Under the pieces are notes generated by a model. The model was not told the DNA's origin, did not search any database, and was given only the letters and a program-made list of their open reading frames with translations. A stretch of 64,000 nucleotides of DNA from an uncultured delta proteobacterium (GTDB lineage Bacteria; Myxococcota_A; Polyangia; Polyangiales; JAFGIB01). This document shows positions 1 to 12,271 of this stretch, piece after piece (the first letter of the stretch is position 1; each line of letters opens with the position of its first letter). Made by a program: the position numbers and the translations under genes. The stretch is from the NCBI GenBank assembly GCA_963778655.1, contig CAVZVA010000010.1, positions 1,600,001 through 1,664,000 on the forward strand, in the 5' to 3' direction.

Positions 1-252
1 CGCAAAGCCCACGCGCGGCCCGAACGCCTCGCGCGCGTAGACGTACGGCCCGCCCGTGCGGTCGACGCTGCTGGCGGCCTCCGAGTAGCACAGCGCGACC
101 GGCAGCAGACCGAGCGCGCACAGCACAAAGGCCAGCGGCGAGAGCCCGCCCATCTCGCGGTACAGGTCGTCGGGCAGCAGGAAGATGCCGGAGCCGACGA
201 TGGCGTTCAGCCCGATGCAGGTGACATCGAACAGGCCCAGCGATCGCCGCAT
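1..252 (-). CDS. APC family amino acid permease, N-terminal part (runs off the window edge)
   Basis: Not in the ORF track. Manual translation from ATG 252 (GAGGA upstream) gives MRRSLGLFDVTCIGLNAIVGSGIFLLP...YSEAASSVDRTGGPYVYAREAFGPRVGFA, with the APC IVGSGIF and GGxYxYxxxAFG motifs. Confidence 0.9.
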   Translation of the reverse strand, partial: MRRSLGLFDVTCIGLNAIVGSGIFLLPDDLYREMGGLSPLAFVLCALGLLPVALCYSEAASSVDRTGGPYVYAREAFGPRVGFA

Positions 253-307
253 GCGGGCATCCTCGCACGCTTTGCTCGCGCTTGCGCGCGCTCGCCGCGG
301 GGCGGGC

Positions 308-1705
308 TCAGGGCGCGGCGATCACCACGCAGCGCGTCCACGGCTCGGGCGCGCCGCCGCTCGGCTTGGTCTGGCTGCTCAGGCGCAGATAGTAGGGGGC
401 GTCGGCTGTCACACCGAAGCCGTTGAGATTGATGTCTCCCTGCTGGGTCTGCGGCGCGGACACCAGCACCGCGTCCGAAGCGTCGCGCAGCTCGGCCAGC
501 AGGCCGCGCACGCCCGAGCCGCCGCTCTGGCCCTCGCATGCCACCGTGATCTGCTCGCCTGCCTTGGCGTCGAAGCGGTAGTAGTCGACGTCGTCGGGCG
601 GCAAGGTGGACAGCAGCAAGCCCCTGCGGCTGAAGCTGCCTTGCATGTCGATGATCTGCGCGCCGACCAGCTGATTGTTGTCGGTGTCGGACAGCTCGGG
701 CGGGTTGTCGGGAAGCTGCACCAGGTCGATCGCGTAGAAGCCGTTGTCGCCGAGCTCGCTCTGCGTGGTCAGCTTGACGCGATAATCCCCATCGGTGATC
801 GGCGGGTGGAAGTACTCCTGGCCCATGCTGCCCAGGATCTCCGCCAGCGGCTGGCCGGCGCTGGTCTCGACCCGCAGGTCGGTGTAGCCCGCGCTCGAGC
901 CGTTGCCGGGCACGCCCGCCGGCAGCACGTGTCCGACCAGCACCTGGGCGTGCAGGCCGCTGAAGGTGAGCTCCTCGGTCTGATCGGGCGCGAAGCTGCC
1001 CACCACCGTGGCGTAGGCGTAGCCGCTGGCCGCGTCGGTGGCGAACTCGACCGGGGTGGGGCCCTCGCCCTGCTTTATGGCCACGCCCGGCGTGCCCGGA
1101 AGCAGGGCCTTGAGCGTGAAGTGGTAGTAGATGAGCGAGAACGCGCTGTTGAAGTAGTCGGGCGGGATCGCGGGATCTTGCACGCGCGCGTAGTACCTGC
1201 CGCTGCGTGGCAGCCGCACGACCAGGCGCGCGTCGATGGCGTCGCCCGGCCACATCGAGCCGCTGTCGTTCTCCGCGATCAGCTGTCGATCGGGGTCGTA
1301 GAGCTTGATCACGGTGTCGGGGCTGAAATCGTTGACGTCCGTGGCCAGTGCGAAATAGTCGCCCTCGTTGCCGTCGAAGGCGTAGAAGTCGGCCTGGGTG
1401 GCGCTGTAGACCGTCTGCAGCACGGGCTGCGAATCGGGCTCGACCAGCAACGCGGTATCGAAGCTCAGGTTGGTGGGCTGGAACGGCGCCGTCGCTGCGT
1501 CGGTCCCGGCGTCCACCGTCGCGTCCACGGCCGCGGCGTCCACGGCCGCGGCGTCCAGGCCGGCGTCCGCGCCCGCAGCCGCATCGCCCGCTTGCGCGGC
1601 CTCGGCGTCCCGGCCGCCGGCAGGCACGGTGGCGCGACCGTCGCTGCAGCCGAGCGCGACCGTCCACATGCCGGCGGCGAGCGCCATGCTGCGGCCAACA
1701 CCCAT
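308..1705 (-). CDS. Lipoprotein with PPC (pre-peptidase C-terminal)-like domains
   Basis: Lipobox-like VALGC, DAG/DAA linker, PPC-like segments DFYAF...DTVIKLYD...AENDS and DVDYYRFDAKAGEQITV. The start may be the later Met (MALAAG). Confidence 0.7.
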   Translation of the reverse strand: MGVGRSMALAAGMWTVALGCSDGRATVPAGGRDAEAAQAGDAAAGADAGLDAAAVDAAAVDATVDAGTDAATAPFQPTNLSFDTALLVEPDSQPVLQTVYSATQADFYAFDGNEGDYFALATDVNDFSPDTVIKLYDPDRQLIAENDSGSMWPGDAIDARLVVRLPRSGRYYARVQDPAIPPDYFNSAFSLIYYHFTLKALLPGTPGVAIKQGEGPTPVEFATDAASGYAYATVVGSFAPDQTEELTFSGLHAQVLVGHVLPAGVPGNGSSAGYTDLRVETSAGQPLAEILGSMGQEYFHPPITDGDYRVKLTTQSELGDNGFYAIDLVQLPDNPPELSDTDNNQLVGAQIIDMQGSFSRRGLLLSTLPPDDVDYYRFDAKAGEQITVACEGQSGGSGVRGLLAELRDASDAVLVSAPQTQQGDINLNGFGVTADAPYYLRLSSQTKPSGGAPEPWTRCVVIAAP

Positions 1706-1778
1706 GCCCGCAGCCTACGCGACCTGGCCCGGTTTTGCACCGCGACACGAGGTCGCAGCCCAGCTGTGCAAGATCGGC

Positions 1779-3581
<1,803 letters not shown>

Positions 3582-3708
3582 GGTCTCGCTCCCACCCCTG
3601 TGGCGCGCGCCGGCGCGCAAGGAGCGTGTCCGATCGTAGCACGCCGGCGTTTCCGGGAAAGTTGCGGGACTTGGTCTGCCCGGCGGCCGTCGCTAGGATG
3701 GCACAGGG

Positions 3709-5379
3709 ATGTGCTCCGGGGCTCGGGTGGGTGGCTGGGCGTGCTGCGTGCTGTGGCTGGGCGCTTGCTCGGGCACGATTCACCAGGCGCAGGGTCGGGC
3801 GCGGCCCGGGGGGGCGGCGCCGGCTATGGCTGGTGGGGTCGCCGGCACGGGCGCGGCGGCCGGCGGCGCGCCGTTCGTGGCGGCGGCCAGCGTGGCGCGC
3901 AGGCTCTCCCGCGCCGAGCTCGACAACACGCTACGCGACCTGCTGGGCGACGACAGCGCGCCGGCCACGCGCTTGCTGGCCGAAGAGCTGTATTCGCCCT
4001 ATGACAACGACTACACCACGCAGGCCGCGTCGGGCGCGCTGATCGACTCGCTCGAGGCGATGGCGACCGACGTCGCGGCGCGCGTGGTCGCCGACCCGGG
4101 GCTGCGCGCGCGGCTTGTGCCGTGCACGCCTTCGGGGCCGGGCGATGCCGCGTGCTTCCGCCAGTTCGTAGGCAGCTTTGGACGCCGCGCCTTGCGCCGG
4201 CCGCTCACCAGCCAGGAGCTGGACGCGTACCAGACGCTGCTCGACTACGCGACCGAGGACAACCCGGCGGTGCCTCACGATTTCTACACCGCGGTCGAGC
4301 TCACGCTGCGCTCGGTGCTGCAGGACCCGGAGTTTCTCTACCGCATCGAGGTCGGCACGCCGACCGCGACCGCTTCGGTGGATGCGCTCGACGACTACGA
4401 GATTGCGGCGCGCCTGAGCTACCTGCTATGGGGCAGCACGCCCGACGACGCCCTGCTGGACGATGCCGACGCCGGCCGGCTGCAGGTCCCCGCGGGCCGG
4501 CGCGCAGCGGCCGAGCGCCTGCTCGCCGACCCCCGCGCCCGCGCGCAGCTACACCGCTTTCACGCGATGTGGTTGGGTTATCGCGCGATTCCGCAGCCGC
4601 CCGAGCTGACGGCCGAGCTGCAGCGCGAGACCACCGCGCTGATCGACCGCATCGTGTTCGACGAGCCGCAGAGCTATCTTAACCTGTTCACCTTCCCGCA
4701 GACCCGGCTCGACGACGCGCTGGCCGATCACTACGGGCTGCCGCGGCCGGCGGGCGGCGACGGCTGGGTCGACTACGGCGACAGCGGCCGCGCGGGAATT
4801 CTCTCGCACGGCAGCGTCCTGGGCGCGTTCAGCAAGTTCAGCGACACCAGTCCCACCCAGCGCGGGATCCTGATCCGCACCCGGCTGCTGTGCCAGACGA
4901 TCGGCCGGCCGCCCGCCAACGTCATGGCCGACAAGCCGCCGGGCGACAACAGCGCGGTGTGCAAGTACGACCGTTACGCCGAGCACCGCGCGAACGCCGC
5001 GTGCGCCAGCTGTCACGATCAGCTCGACCCGATCGGCTTCGGGCTGGAGCGCTACGACATCGGGGGCGTGTACCGCACGCACGATGAGGGCTTGCCGCAG
5101 TGCGCGATCTCGGGTCAGGGCGAGGTCAAGGGCTACGGGACCTTCAGCGGCCCCGGTGAGCTCGGCAAGCTGCTGGTCGAGAAGGGGCTGGTGCAGCCCT
5201 GCATCGTGCGCCAGCTCTGGCAGTTCGCGAGCGGCCGGCCCGCCTTGCCCGAGGAGAGCGCGGAGATCGACGCGCTCAGCGCGGGCTTCGAGCAGCACGG
5301 CTACGCGCTGCAGCAGCTGCTGCTCGCCTACGTGGCGGAGCCGGCGTTCGCCCTGCGCCGCGAGCCGGAGATGATGTGA
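3709..5379 (+). CDS. DUF1592/DUF1595/DUF1588-type (PSD/PSCyt) lipoprotein with one CxxCH
   Basis: Lipobox LGAC; RRLSRAELDNTLRDLLG, FGRRALRRPL, LQDPEFLYRIE, IAARLSYLLWGSTPD, TSPTQRG, CASCHDQLDPIGFGLERYD. Confidence 0.9.
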   Translation: MCSGARVGGWACCVLWLGACSGTIHQAQGRARPGGAAPAMAGGVAGTGAAAGGAPFVAAASVARRLSRAELDNTLRDLLGDDSAPATRLLAEELYSPYDNDYTTQAASGALIDSLEAMATDVAARVVADPGLRARLVPCTPSGPGDAACFRQFVGSFGRRALRRPLTSQELDAYQTLLDYATEDNPAVPHDFYTAVELTLRSVLQDPEFLYRIEVGTPTATASVDALDDYEIAARLSYLLWGSTPDDALLDDADAGRLQVPAGRRAAAERLLADPRARAQLHRFHAMWLGYRAIPQPPELTAELQRETTALIDRIVFDEPQSYLNLFTFPQTRLDDALADHYGLPRPAGGDGWVDYGDSGRAGILSHGSVLGAFSKFSDTSPTQRGILIRTRLLCQTIGRPPANVMADKPPGDNSAVCKYDRYAEHRANAACASCHDQLDPIGFGLERYDIGGVYRTHDEGLPQCAISGQGEVKGYGTFSGPGELGKLLVEKGLVQPCIVRQLWQFASGRPALPEESAEIDALSAGFEQHGYALQQLLLAYVAEPAFALRREPEMM

Positions 5380-6929
5380 GCGTGGCGATCAAGCTCAGGC
5401 GTCGTACGATCTTGAAGGGCCTGGGCGGGGCGGCGGTGGGCTTGCCGCTGCTCGAGTGCATGTTGAACGAGCACGGCACGGCCCTGGCGCAGAGCGCGCA
5501 GCCGCTGCCCCGGCGCTACGCGATCGTGTTCGCGGGCCAGGCGCTCGGCGGCGACGACTACGAGAAGAACGAGTCGCTGGTGAACGGCCAGCGCATCACC
5601 GAGGACGGCCACCACATCGTGCCGCCGCAGTCGGGCGCGGGCTACGCGATCACCACGCCGCTGCGGCCGCTGCGCGACCTGCAGGGCGACTTCAACCTGG
5701 TCTCGGGCATGCGCATTCCCTACAACGTCGACTCCGCCGACGCCGCGGACGTGCCGGCCGGCGGCGCGTTTCGCGATTTTCACGGCGGCGGCTGCTGCCC
5801 GCTGTTGTGCGGCACGCGCTCGCTCTCCCCGGAGTTCACTGCGCGCAGCATCACCTCCGACCAGCTGATCGCGCAGCTCAATCAGGGCAAGACGCCGCTG
5901 CCCTCGCTGGTGCTGCGCGCGCAGCCCTCGTTCTACCTTAGCGGCTACAGCTTCGCGGGGCGCCACCGCATCTCTTATCGGGGCGACGGCGATCCGATCG
6001 AGGCGCAAGACAGCCCGCAGACCGCCTATCAGTCGATCTTCGGCAACTTCATGCCCAGCGGCGCGGCCGACCAGGCCAAGCACGACTTCGAGCAGCGCTC
6101 GCGCAGGAGCGTGCTCGACCTCATCACCCAGAAACGGGCGCGCGTGCTCGGCATGGTCGGGGCGGCCGATCACGCGCGCCTGCAGCGACACTTCGACGAG
6201 ATCCGCGACCTCGAGCAGCGCATCGCTGAGCTCTCCCCGACGGCCGCAGGCCAGTGCCAGCGCCCCGCGGACCCGGGCGTGGACCCCGGCATCGGCGGCG
6301 ACAACGCAGGCGCCGGCTCGGATGCGATCGCGACCAATACCGGCTACAGCGACGAGGACGCGCGCACGCGGGTGATGCTCGATCTGATCCACATGGCCTT
6401 CGTGTGCGACCTGACGCGCGCAGCCACGCTCCAGATCACCGCGTTCCAGTCGCACATGAACGTGTACCCGATCTCGGGCAACCTCGATTCGCCGATCGCG
6501 CTCAGCCGCCCCATCCGCGCCGATCTGCACGAGGTCGGGCACAACGGCGACACCGAGTTCCGCGGCCAGCTCCCGGTCAGCCTGCTGCTGCAGTGGCACC
6601 TCGGCCACTACGGCTACCTGCTGGACAAGCTCAAGGCCACGCCGGAAGGCGCGGGCTCGGTGCTCGACAACGCCGTGGTGGTGTTCATGCCCGAGGCCGG
6701 ACACGGCCGCCACCTCAACAGCCCCAGCGACACCAGTCCCAAGACCCACTCGGTCGAGGAGATGGTGCTGCTGGTCGGCGGTCGGTCCGGCGGTCTGGTG
6801 CCGGGCCGCCACATTCCCACCAGCGGCGCGCACCCGGCGCAGTGTCTGCTGAGCTGCATGCAGGCCGCGGGCTACAGCGGCGACAGCTTCGGCGAGGTCC
6901 AGGGTAACCTGCCCGAGCTGTTCAGCTGA
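5376..6929 (+). CDS. DUF1552 (HXXSHH) family protein, Tat-exported
   Basis: RRRTILKGLGGAAVGLPLLECM Tat signal; RRSVLD, AFVCDLTRAATLQ, LHEVGH, GSVLDNAVVVF; GTGA overlap with the upstream gene. Confidence 0.9.
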   Translation: MSVAIKLRRRTILKGLGGAAVGLPLLECMLNEHGTALAQSAQPLPRRYAIVFAGQALGGDDYEKNESLVNGQRITEDGHHIVPPQSGAGYAITTPLRPLRDLQGDFNLVSGMRIPYNVDSADAADVPAGGAFRDFHGGGCCPLLCGTRSLSPEFTARSITSDQLIAQLNQGKTPLPSLVLRAQPSFYLSGYSFAGRHRISYRGDGDPIEAQDSPQTAYQSIFGNFMPSGAADQAKHDFEQRSRRSVLDLITQKRARVLGMVGAADHARLQRHFDEIRDLEQRIAELSPTAAGQCQRPADPGVDPGIGGDNAGAGSDAIATNTGYSDEDARTRVMLDLIHMAFVCDLTRAATLQITAFQSHMNVYPISGNLDSPIALSRPIRADLHEVGHNGDTEFRGQLPVSLLLQWHLGHYGYLLDKLKATPEGAGSVLDNAVVVFMPEAGHGRHLNSPSDTSPKTHSVEEMVLLVGGRSGGLVPGRHIPTSGAHPAQCLLSCMQAAGYSGDSFGEVQGNLPELFS

Positions 6930-7109
6930 GGAGGCAGATCGCCGGGAACCGCGATCCGGCCGGCCCAGGGCTCATGACGCGCCCGCGTTGTGGTTGCTTC
7001 GCCGGCGATGCGGTGGACATAGCGATCGGCGTGTCGGGCGCCACGCGACCCGTGGGGCACGCCTGCGCGGTGGCGCGCCGGTTGCCCGCGCTTACGATCC
7101 GGCTACCCG

Positions 7110-7126
7110 ATACCCCCAGGGGGCAT
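7110..7126. promoter_or_regulatory. Putative CsoR operator
   Basis: ATACCCCC-A-GGGGGCAT: near-perfect palindrome with C/G tracts flanked by AT, the known CsoR/RcnR operator shape, 13 bp before csoR. Confidence 0.8.
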
Positions 7127-7139
7127 AGGGCCGAATGTC

Positions 7140-7430
7140 ATGATGAACGACGTCACCAAGAAGAAGGTGCTCACGCGGTTGCGCAAGATCGCCGGGCAGG
7201 TGGAGGGCCTGGCGCGGATGGTCGACCAGGACCGGTACTGCGTGGACGTGCTGCTGCAAGTTGCGTCCGCGCAAGGCGCGCTCGGCGAGGCCGGAAAGCT
7301 CGTGCTGCGCTCCCACGTCGAGACCTGTGTCAGCGAGGCCATGAGCAGCGGCAAACCCGCCGCGCGCAAGCAGAAGGTCGATGAGCTGATGCAGGTCTTC
7401 TCCCGCTACGGCTGCATGGGCGGAAGGTGA
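7140..7430 (+). CDS. csoR: CsoR-family copper-sensing repressor
   Basis: RLRKIAGQVEGLARMV..RYCVDVLLQ..HVETCV gives the C-H-C Cu(I) ligand fingerprint; lies directly upstream of copA. Confidence 0.9.
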   Translation: MMNDVTKKKVLTRLRKIAGQVEGLARMVDQDRYCVDVLLQVASAQGALGEAGKLVLRSHVETCVSEAMSSGKPAARKQKVDELMQVFSRYGCMGGR

Positions 7431-7433
7431 GCC

Positions 7434-9908
7434 ATGGAGCGCGTGCACGAGCGTTGGCACCCCAAGCACGACTCGCCCGCCTTGCACACGGCCGAGCTCC
7501 CGGACCCGGTGTGCGGCATGCAGGTCCCCGCCGACTCGCCGCACCGTCTCGCGCACTCCGGCCTCGAGTATCGCTTCTGCAGCGCGGGCTGCTTGGGGAA
7601 GTTTCGCCGGGAGCCGTCGCGCTATGTAGCAAGTGGAAAGGGCGGCCACGGCCCGAGCGCCGCCGGCGAGGCGGCTCCATACACCTGTCCCATGCATCCC
7701 GAGGTCCGGCAGCCGGGCCCCGGCAGCTGTCCCAAGTGCGGCATGGCGCTCGAGCCGGTCCAGGCCCCCGCGCCCGTCACGCGCGTCGAGTACACGTGTC
7801 CGATGCATCCAGCGATCGTCCGGGATGCGCCCGGGAGCTGCCCGATCTGCGGCATGGCGCTGGAGCCACGCAATGTCACCTCCGAGGCTCCCGCGGACAA
7901 TTCCGAGCTGCGCGACATGACCCGTCGCTTCTGGCTCGCGGTCTCGTTCACGGTTCCGCTGTTGGTGATCGCGATGGGCATGTACGTGCCCGCTTTCGAG
8001 CGGCTGCTTGCGGCGGCGATGTCGATGCGCACGCGCGTCTGGTTGGAGCTCGCGCTCTCGACGCCGGTGTGCCTCTGGGCGGCCTGGCCCTTCTTCGTGC
8101 GCGCCGTGCAATCGGCGAAGCACCGCAGCTTGAACATGTTCACCTTGATCGGGCTGGGCGTGAGCGTCTCCTACGGCTACAGCCTGGTCGCGGCCCTGTT
8201 GCCCGGGATCTTCCCCCCCTCGTTCCACGCTGCTTCCGGTGAGGTGGCAGTCTACTTCGAAGCCGCCGCAATGATCACGACGTTGATCCTGCTCGGCCAG
8301 GTGCTCGAGCTGCGCGCGCGCAGCCAGACTGGCGCTGCGATCAAGAAGCTGCTGGGGATGGCGGCCAAGTCGGCGCGACGCCTGCGCGAGGATGGCAGCG
8401 AAGAGGACGTGCCGCTCGAGGCCGTGCACACCGGCGATCGGCTGCGGGTTCGGCCCGGCGAGAAGGTTCCGGTGGACGGGGTGGTGCTCGAGGGGGCGAG
8501 CCATCTCGACGAGTCGATGGTCACCGGCGAGCCCATCCCCGTGCACAAACAGGCCGGCGACACGGTGATCGGCGCGACCATCAACGGCACCGGCAGTCTG
8601 GTCATGCGGGCCGAGAAGGTCGGCGCCGAGACGTTGCTCTCGCGCATCGTCGCCATGGTCGCCGAGGCGCAGCGCAGCCGCGCGCCGATCCAGAAGCTGG
8701 CGGACATGGTGGCCGGGTACTTCGTGCCGGCGGTGCTGCTCGTGGCCGTTGTCACCTTCGTGATCTGGGCGGCGGTCGGTCCCCAGCCGCGCATGGCGCA
8801 CGCCCTCGTCAATGCGGTGGCGGTGCTGATCATCGCCTGCCCGTGCGCGCTCGGCCTGGCGACCCCGATGTCGATCATGGTCGCTACGGGCAAAGGCGCC
8901 ACGATCGGCGTGCTGTTCAAGAACGCCGAGGCGATCGAGGTGCTGCGCAAGGTCGACACGCTCGTGGTCGACAAGACGGGCACGCTCACCGAAGGCAAAC
9001 CCAAGCTGGTGAGCGTGGTGGCCGAAGGCGGCATCGAGGAAGCGACGTTGCTGCGCCTTGCGGCGACGCTTGAGCGCGGCAGCGAGCACCCGCTCGCGGC
9101 GGCCATCGTGAAGGGGGCCGAGGAGCGCGGGATCGAGCTGGCGAACGCGGAGGTGTTCGAGTCGGTGACCGGCAAGGGCGTCAAGGGCCGGGTCGACGGG
9201 CGTGAGGTCGCGCTCGGCAACCGTGCGCTGATGCAGAGTCTGGGCATCGACCCGGAGGCGTCGGTTGCGCGTGCCGACGGGCTGCGCGCCGACGGCCAAA
9301 CGGTGATGTTCGTGGCGGTCGACGGTCAGCCGGCCGGTTTGTTGGGCGTCGCCGACCCGATCAAGCAGAGCACCGCCGAGGCGATTGCAGCCCTTCACCA
9401 GGAGGGCGTCCGGATCGTGATGCTGACCGGAGACAGCAAGACCACGGCCCAGGCGGTCGCCGGGAAACTGAGCATCGATGAGGTGATCGCGGAGGTGCTG
9501 CCCGACCAGAAGGCGGACAAGGTCAAGCAGCTCCAGGCCGAGGGGCACATCGTCGCGATGGCTGGCGACGGCATCAACGACGCTCCGGCGCTCGCGCAGG
9601 CCCAGGTCGGCATCGCCATGGGCACGGGCACCGACGTCGCGATGGAAAGCGCCGGTGTCACCCTGGTCAAAGGCGATCTTCGCGGGATTGCCCGCGCTCG
9701 GCGCCTGTCACGCATGACGATGGCCAACATCAAGCAGAATCTGTTCTTCGCGTTCATCTACAACAGCGCAGGCGTTCCGCTTGCGGCGGGAGCGCTGTAC
9801 CCCGTGTTCGGCCTGCTGCTGAGCCCGGTCATCGCGGCCGCGGCGATGAGCGCGAGCTCCGTATCGGTGGTGAGCAACGCGCTGCGCCTGCGGGGAGCGG
9901 ATCTGTGA
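7434..9908 (+). CDS. copA: Cu(I)/Ag(I)-translocating P1B-type ATPase with YHS and two YTCPMHP domains
   Basis: DPVCGM...FCSAGC (YHS), two YTCPMHP..CPxCGMALEP domains, TGE, CPC, DKTGT, SEHP, GDGIND, YN and MxxSS. Confidence 0.96.
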   Translation: MERVHERWHPKHDSPALHTAELPDPVCGMQVPADSPHRLAHSGLEYRFCSAGCLGKFRREPSRYVASGKGGHGPSAAGEAAPYTCPMHPEVRQPGPGSCPKCGMALEPVQAPAPVTRVEYTCPMHPAIVRDAPGSCPICGMALEPRNVTSEAPADNSELRDMTRRFWLAVSFTVPLLVIAMGMYVPAFERLLAAAMSMRTRVWLELALSTPVCLWAAWPFFVRAVQSAKHRSLNMFTLIGLGVSVSYGYSLVAALLPGIFPPSFHAASGEVAVYFEAAAMITTLILLGQVLELRARSQTGAAIKKLLGMAAKSARRLREDGSEEDVPLEAVHTGDRLRVRPGEKVPVDGVVLEGASHLDESMVTGEPIPVHKQAGDTVIGATINGTGSLVMRAEKVGAETLLSRIVAMVAEAQRSRAPIQKLADMVAGYFVPAVLLVAVVTFVIWAAVGPQPRMAHALVNAVAVLIIACPCALGLATPMSIMVATGKGATIGVLFKNAEAIEVLRKVDTLVVDKTGTLTEGKPKLVSVVAEGGIEEATLLRLAATLERGSEHPLAAAIVKGAEERGIELANAEVFESVTGKGVKGRVDGREVALGNRALMQSLGIDPEASVARADGLRADGQTVMFVAVDGQPAGLLGVADPIKQSTAEAIAALHQEGVRIVMLTGDSKTTAQAVAGKLSIDEVIAEVLPDQKADKVKQLQAEGHIVAMAGDGINDAPALAQAQVGIAMGTGTDVAMESAGVTLVKGDLRGIARARRLSRMTMANIKQNLFFAFIYNSAGVPLAAGALYPVFGLLLSPVIAAAAMSASSVSVVSNALRLRGADL

Positions 9909-9988
9909 AGCTGCGAACCGCGGCCGTTGCGACCGCCGACGAGATCGGCGGCAGGCAGACTGCAGCACCCGACAAGGCAAGGTGAGGA

Positions 9989-10201
9989 ATGCACTACGGG
10001 TACGGCGGCGCCCAAATGGGTTGGATCTGGTGGCTTTTCTGCACGGCGGCCATCGTCGTCATCGTCTGGGCCGTGGCCAGGGTTGCGCTGGGGCCTCGCG
10101 GCAGCGGGGACTCCCCGGAGATCGTGCTCAAGCGCCGTTATGCCAAGGGCGAGATCGATCGAGAGACCTACGAGCGCATGCTTGCCGAGCTACGCAAGTA
10201 G
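9989..10201 (+). CDS. Small membrane protein with SHOCT domain
   Basis: GAGG RBS, one TM helix, then EIVLKRRYAKGEIDRETYERMLAEL. Confidence 0.85.
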   Translation: MHYGYGGAQMGWIWWLFCTAAIVVIVWAVARVALGPRGSGDSPEIVLKRRYAKGEIDRETYERMLAELRK

Positions 10202-10323
10202 CGATCCCCGGATGCGTCGCTGAGCCATGCACCACCGTTGCGAACCCTCATGAGACTTGGGCACGACACGCAGCGGATCACGACTCGAATCGGGGCTGGG
10301 GGCCCGCTTCGGGCAGCAAAGCC

Positions 10324-10716
10324 GTGACCGCCATCGACCCTGTTTGCGGTATGCCGGTCGATGAGCTCGCGGAGAAACATCGCGCCGCAGCCCAGACCGC
10401 GGTCAGCAAGGTCGAGCAGCCGGTCAAGCGGAACACTCCCCGCGCGGGGCAGCTCGAAGCAGGCCGTGCGGTCTTTCACGCGGTACCGGGATGACACAGC
10501 AGTGGCTCCAGCGCCTCGTCGACTGCCACATCGCGGGTGCGGCTTCCGTGGGCAACAACATGCTGGAGATGGCATACTGCACCGCGCGTGCTCAAGGGCG
10601 TGAAGGCGATGGTGTCGTCGACAGGCAACGGCTTTGTGATCGACGTGACCTCCGATGATCCCGCGACTGCATCCGAGATCTGGAAACGCATGCAAGCGCT
10701 TGCCCCGCAGGGCTGA
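10324..10716 (+). pseudogene. Decayed or frameshifted ORF: YHS-like fragment joined to a Cys/His/Met-containing hypothetical domain
   Basis: AIDPVCGMPVD, then AVFHAVPG / MTQQWLQRLVDCHIAG..EMAYC / PRVLKGVKAMVSSTGNGFVIDVTSDDPATASEIWKRMQAL*. Reading through needs compensating shifts at about 10490 and 10581. Confidence 0.55.
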
Positions 10717-10822
10717 CCGGAACGAATCCAGGCGAGCGCGGTGGCCGACCGATGTTCGACTGTTTGATGTGCGCATGAGGAAAGACGAGGCGGGTTGCCC
10801 CAGGTGCACGGAGCGAAGGCGG

Positions 10823-12271
10823 ATGAAGCGAGCGCAATCTCTTGCCACAAACGTGCGACTCGGGCTGTTTCGCCTGGGCAAGGGCAACGGCCGCCTTACG
10901 ACCGTGTGGCTTTGGGCCTGTCTGCTTGCCGCCGCGGCGCAGGCTCAGCAGGTGCCCGCAACCGCTGGCGCTCCGCGCGCGACGGAGCCGGCTGCTGGTG
11001 GTGGCGTTGCGCAGAGCGCGCCGCGGCCGGTCCAGTTGAGGCCGCTCGAGCCGGGCGCGCCGACCGCCCTCGCACCGCTGATCGCGCAGGCGCTGCAGAG
11101 ACACCCGGCGTTGACCTCCGCACGCAAGAGCGTGTCGGCGGCGCACGAGGCCCCTTCACGCGTCGCCGCGCTGCCCGATCCGGTGCTGGGTGTGGCGCTT
11201 CAGAACATCCGGTTTGATCAGCCGGGCCTCGACACCAGTCCGATGAGCGCGCTGCAGATCGGGCTGACGCAGGCCTTTCCCTTTCCCGGCAAGCTGAGTC
11301 GCAGGCGAGCGCTTGCGGAAGCCCAGGTGTCCACGGCCGAGCAGAAGCTGGCGCTCGCCCAGGCGCTGGTGAGCATCAACGTACAGCGCGCCTACTGGCG
11401 CCTGCGCTTCGCCGAGACCGCCGAGCGCGTCACGGCTCAGAGCGAGCAGCTGTTGGACAGCCTGACCAATGCGGTGCACATCCGCTTCGGCCTGGGGCAA
11501 GGCGCACAACAAGATGCGCTGCAGGCCGAGGTCGCCCACAGTCGCCTGCGGGCCATGCTCCAGGAGCGCCGCCAGGAGGTGCGCTCGGCGCGGCGCGGGC
11601 TCAGCGGCGCGGTGGGCCTTGCCGCGAGCACGCAGCTCTCCGCGAGCGACCCGGCTCCGACCCAACCTGCACGTCTCGACCGAGCTGCGCTGCTCGGCAG
11701 AGCGCGCCAGCAAAACCCCGCGATCGCCCTGGCCCGTGCCCAGGCGCTCAGCGCGCGGCGAGGGGTGAGGGAGGCGGAGATGGACCGCTGGCCCGATTTT
11801 CAGATCGGCGTCGCGTATCGGATCCGCCAGGCTTCGCCGGGCGACATGAGCCAGGGCGCGGACATGTTCGGGGTGACCTTTGCCACGTCGCTGCCGGTGT
11901 GGACCGCGAGCAAGCAAAGCGCCCGCGTGCGCCAGTCCTACGACGAGCTCGGCGCCGCGGACGCATCCCTGAACGATACGACCCTGGACGTGACCACACG
12001 GCTTTCCCAGTTGATCGATGTCGTGGATCGGCTCGACGAGCAGATCGCGCTCTACGACAGGGAGCTGGCGCCGGAGGCCAATCAGGCCCTGGACGCGAGC
12101 ATCGAGGACTATCAGTTCGGGCGGGTCGAGTTCGTGTCGGTGCTCAAGAACTGGGAAGTCGACCTCGAAACCGGGCTGGCCCGCGTGCGCCTGCTGACCG
12201 ACCGCGCCGAGCGCGTGGCCGAAGTCTACGCGCTGGTCGACGGCGCGTCCGCGAAGGGGGCCGCACCATGA
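10823..12271 (+). CDS. cusC: TolC-family outer membrane efflux protein (CusC-like)
   Basis: Signal peptide ending AQA, ALPDPVLG, QAFPFPGKL, YQFGRVEFVSVL; ATGA-coupled to the adaptor gene. Start ATG 10823 is inferred. Confidence 0.85.
   Translation: MKRAQSLATNVRLGLFRLGKGNGRLTTVWLWACLLAAAAQAQQVPATAGAPRATEPAAGGGVAQSAPRPVQLRPLEPGAPTALAPLIAQALQRHPALTSARKSVSAAHEAPSRVAALPDPVLGVALQNIRFDQPGLDTSPMSALQIGLTQAFPFPGKLSRRRALAEAQVSTAEQKLALAQALVSINVQRAYWRLRFAETAERVTAQSEQLLDSLTNAVHIRFGLGQGAQQDALQAEVAHSRLRAMLQERRQEVRSARRGLSGAVGLAASTQLSASDPAPTQPARLDRAALLGRARQQNPAIALARAQALSARRGVREAEMDRWPDFQIGVAYRIRQASPGDMSQGADMFGVTFATSLPVWTASKQSARVRQSYDELGAADASLNDTTLDVTTRLSQLIDVVDRLDEQIALYDRELAPEANQALDASIEDYQFGRVEFVSVLKNWEVDLETGLARVRLLTDRAERVAEVYALVDGASAKGAAP

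Noticed and set aside
3698..3716. Sigma54 promoter TGGCAC...TGC
   Set aside because: GG to GC spacing is 11 rather than 10 and the site overlaps the start codon.
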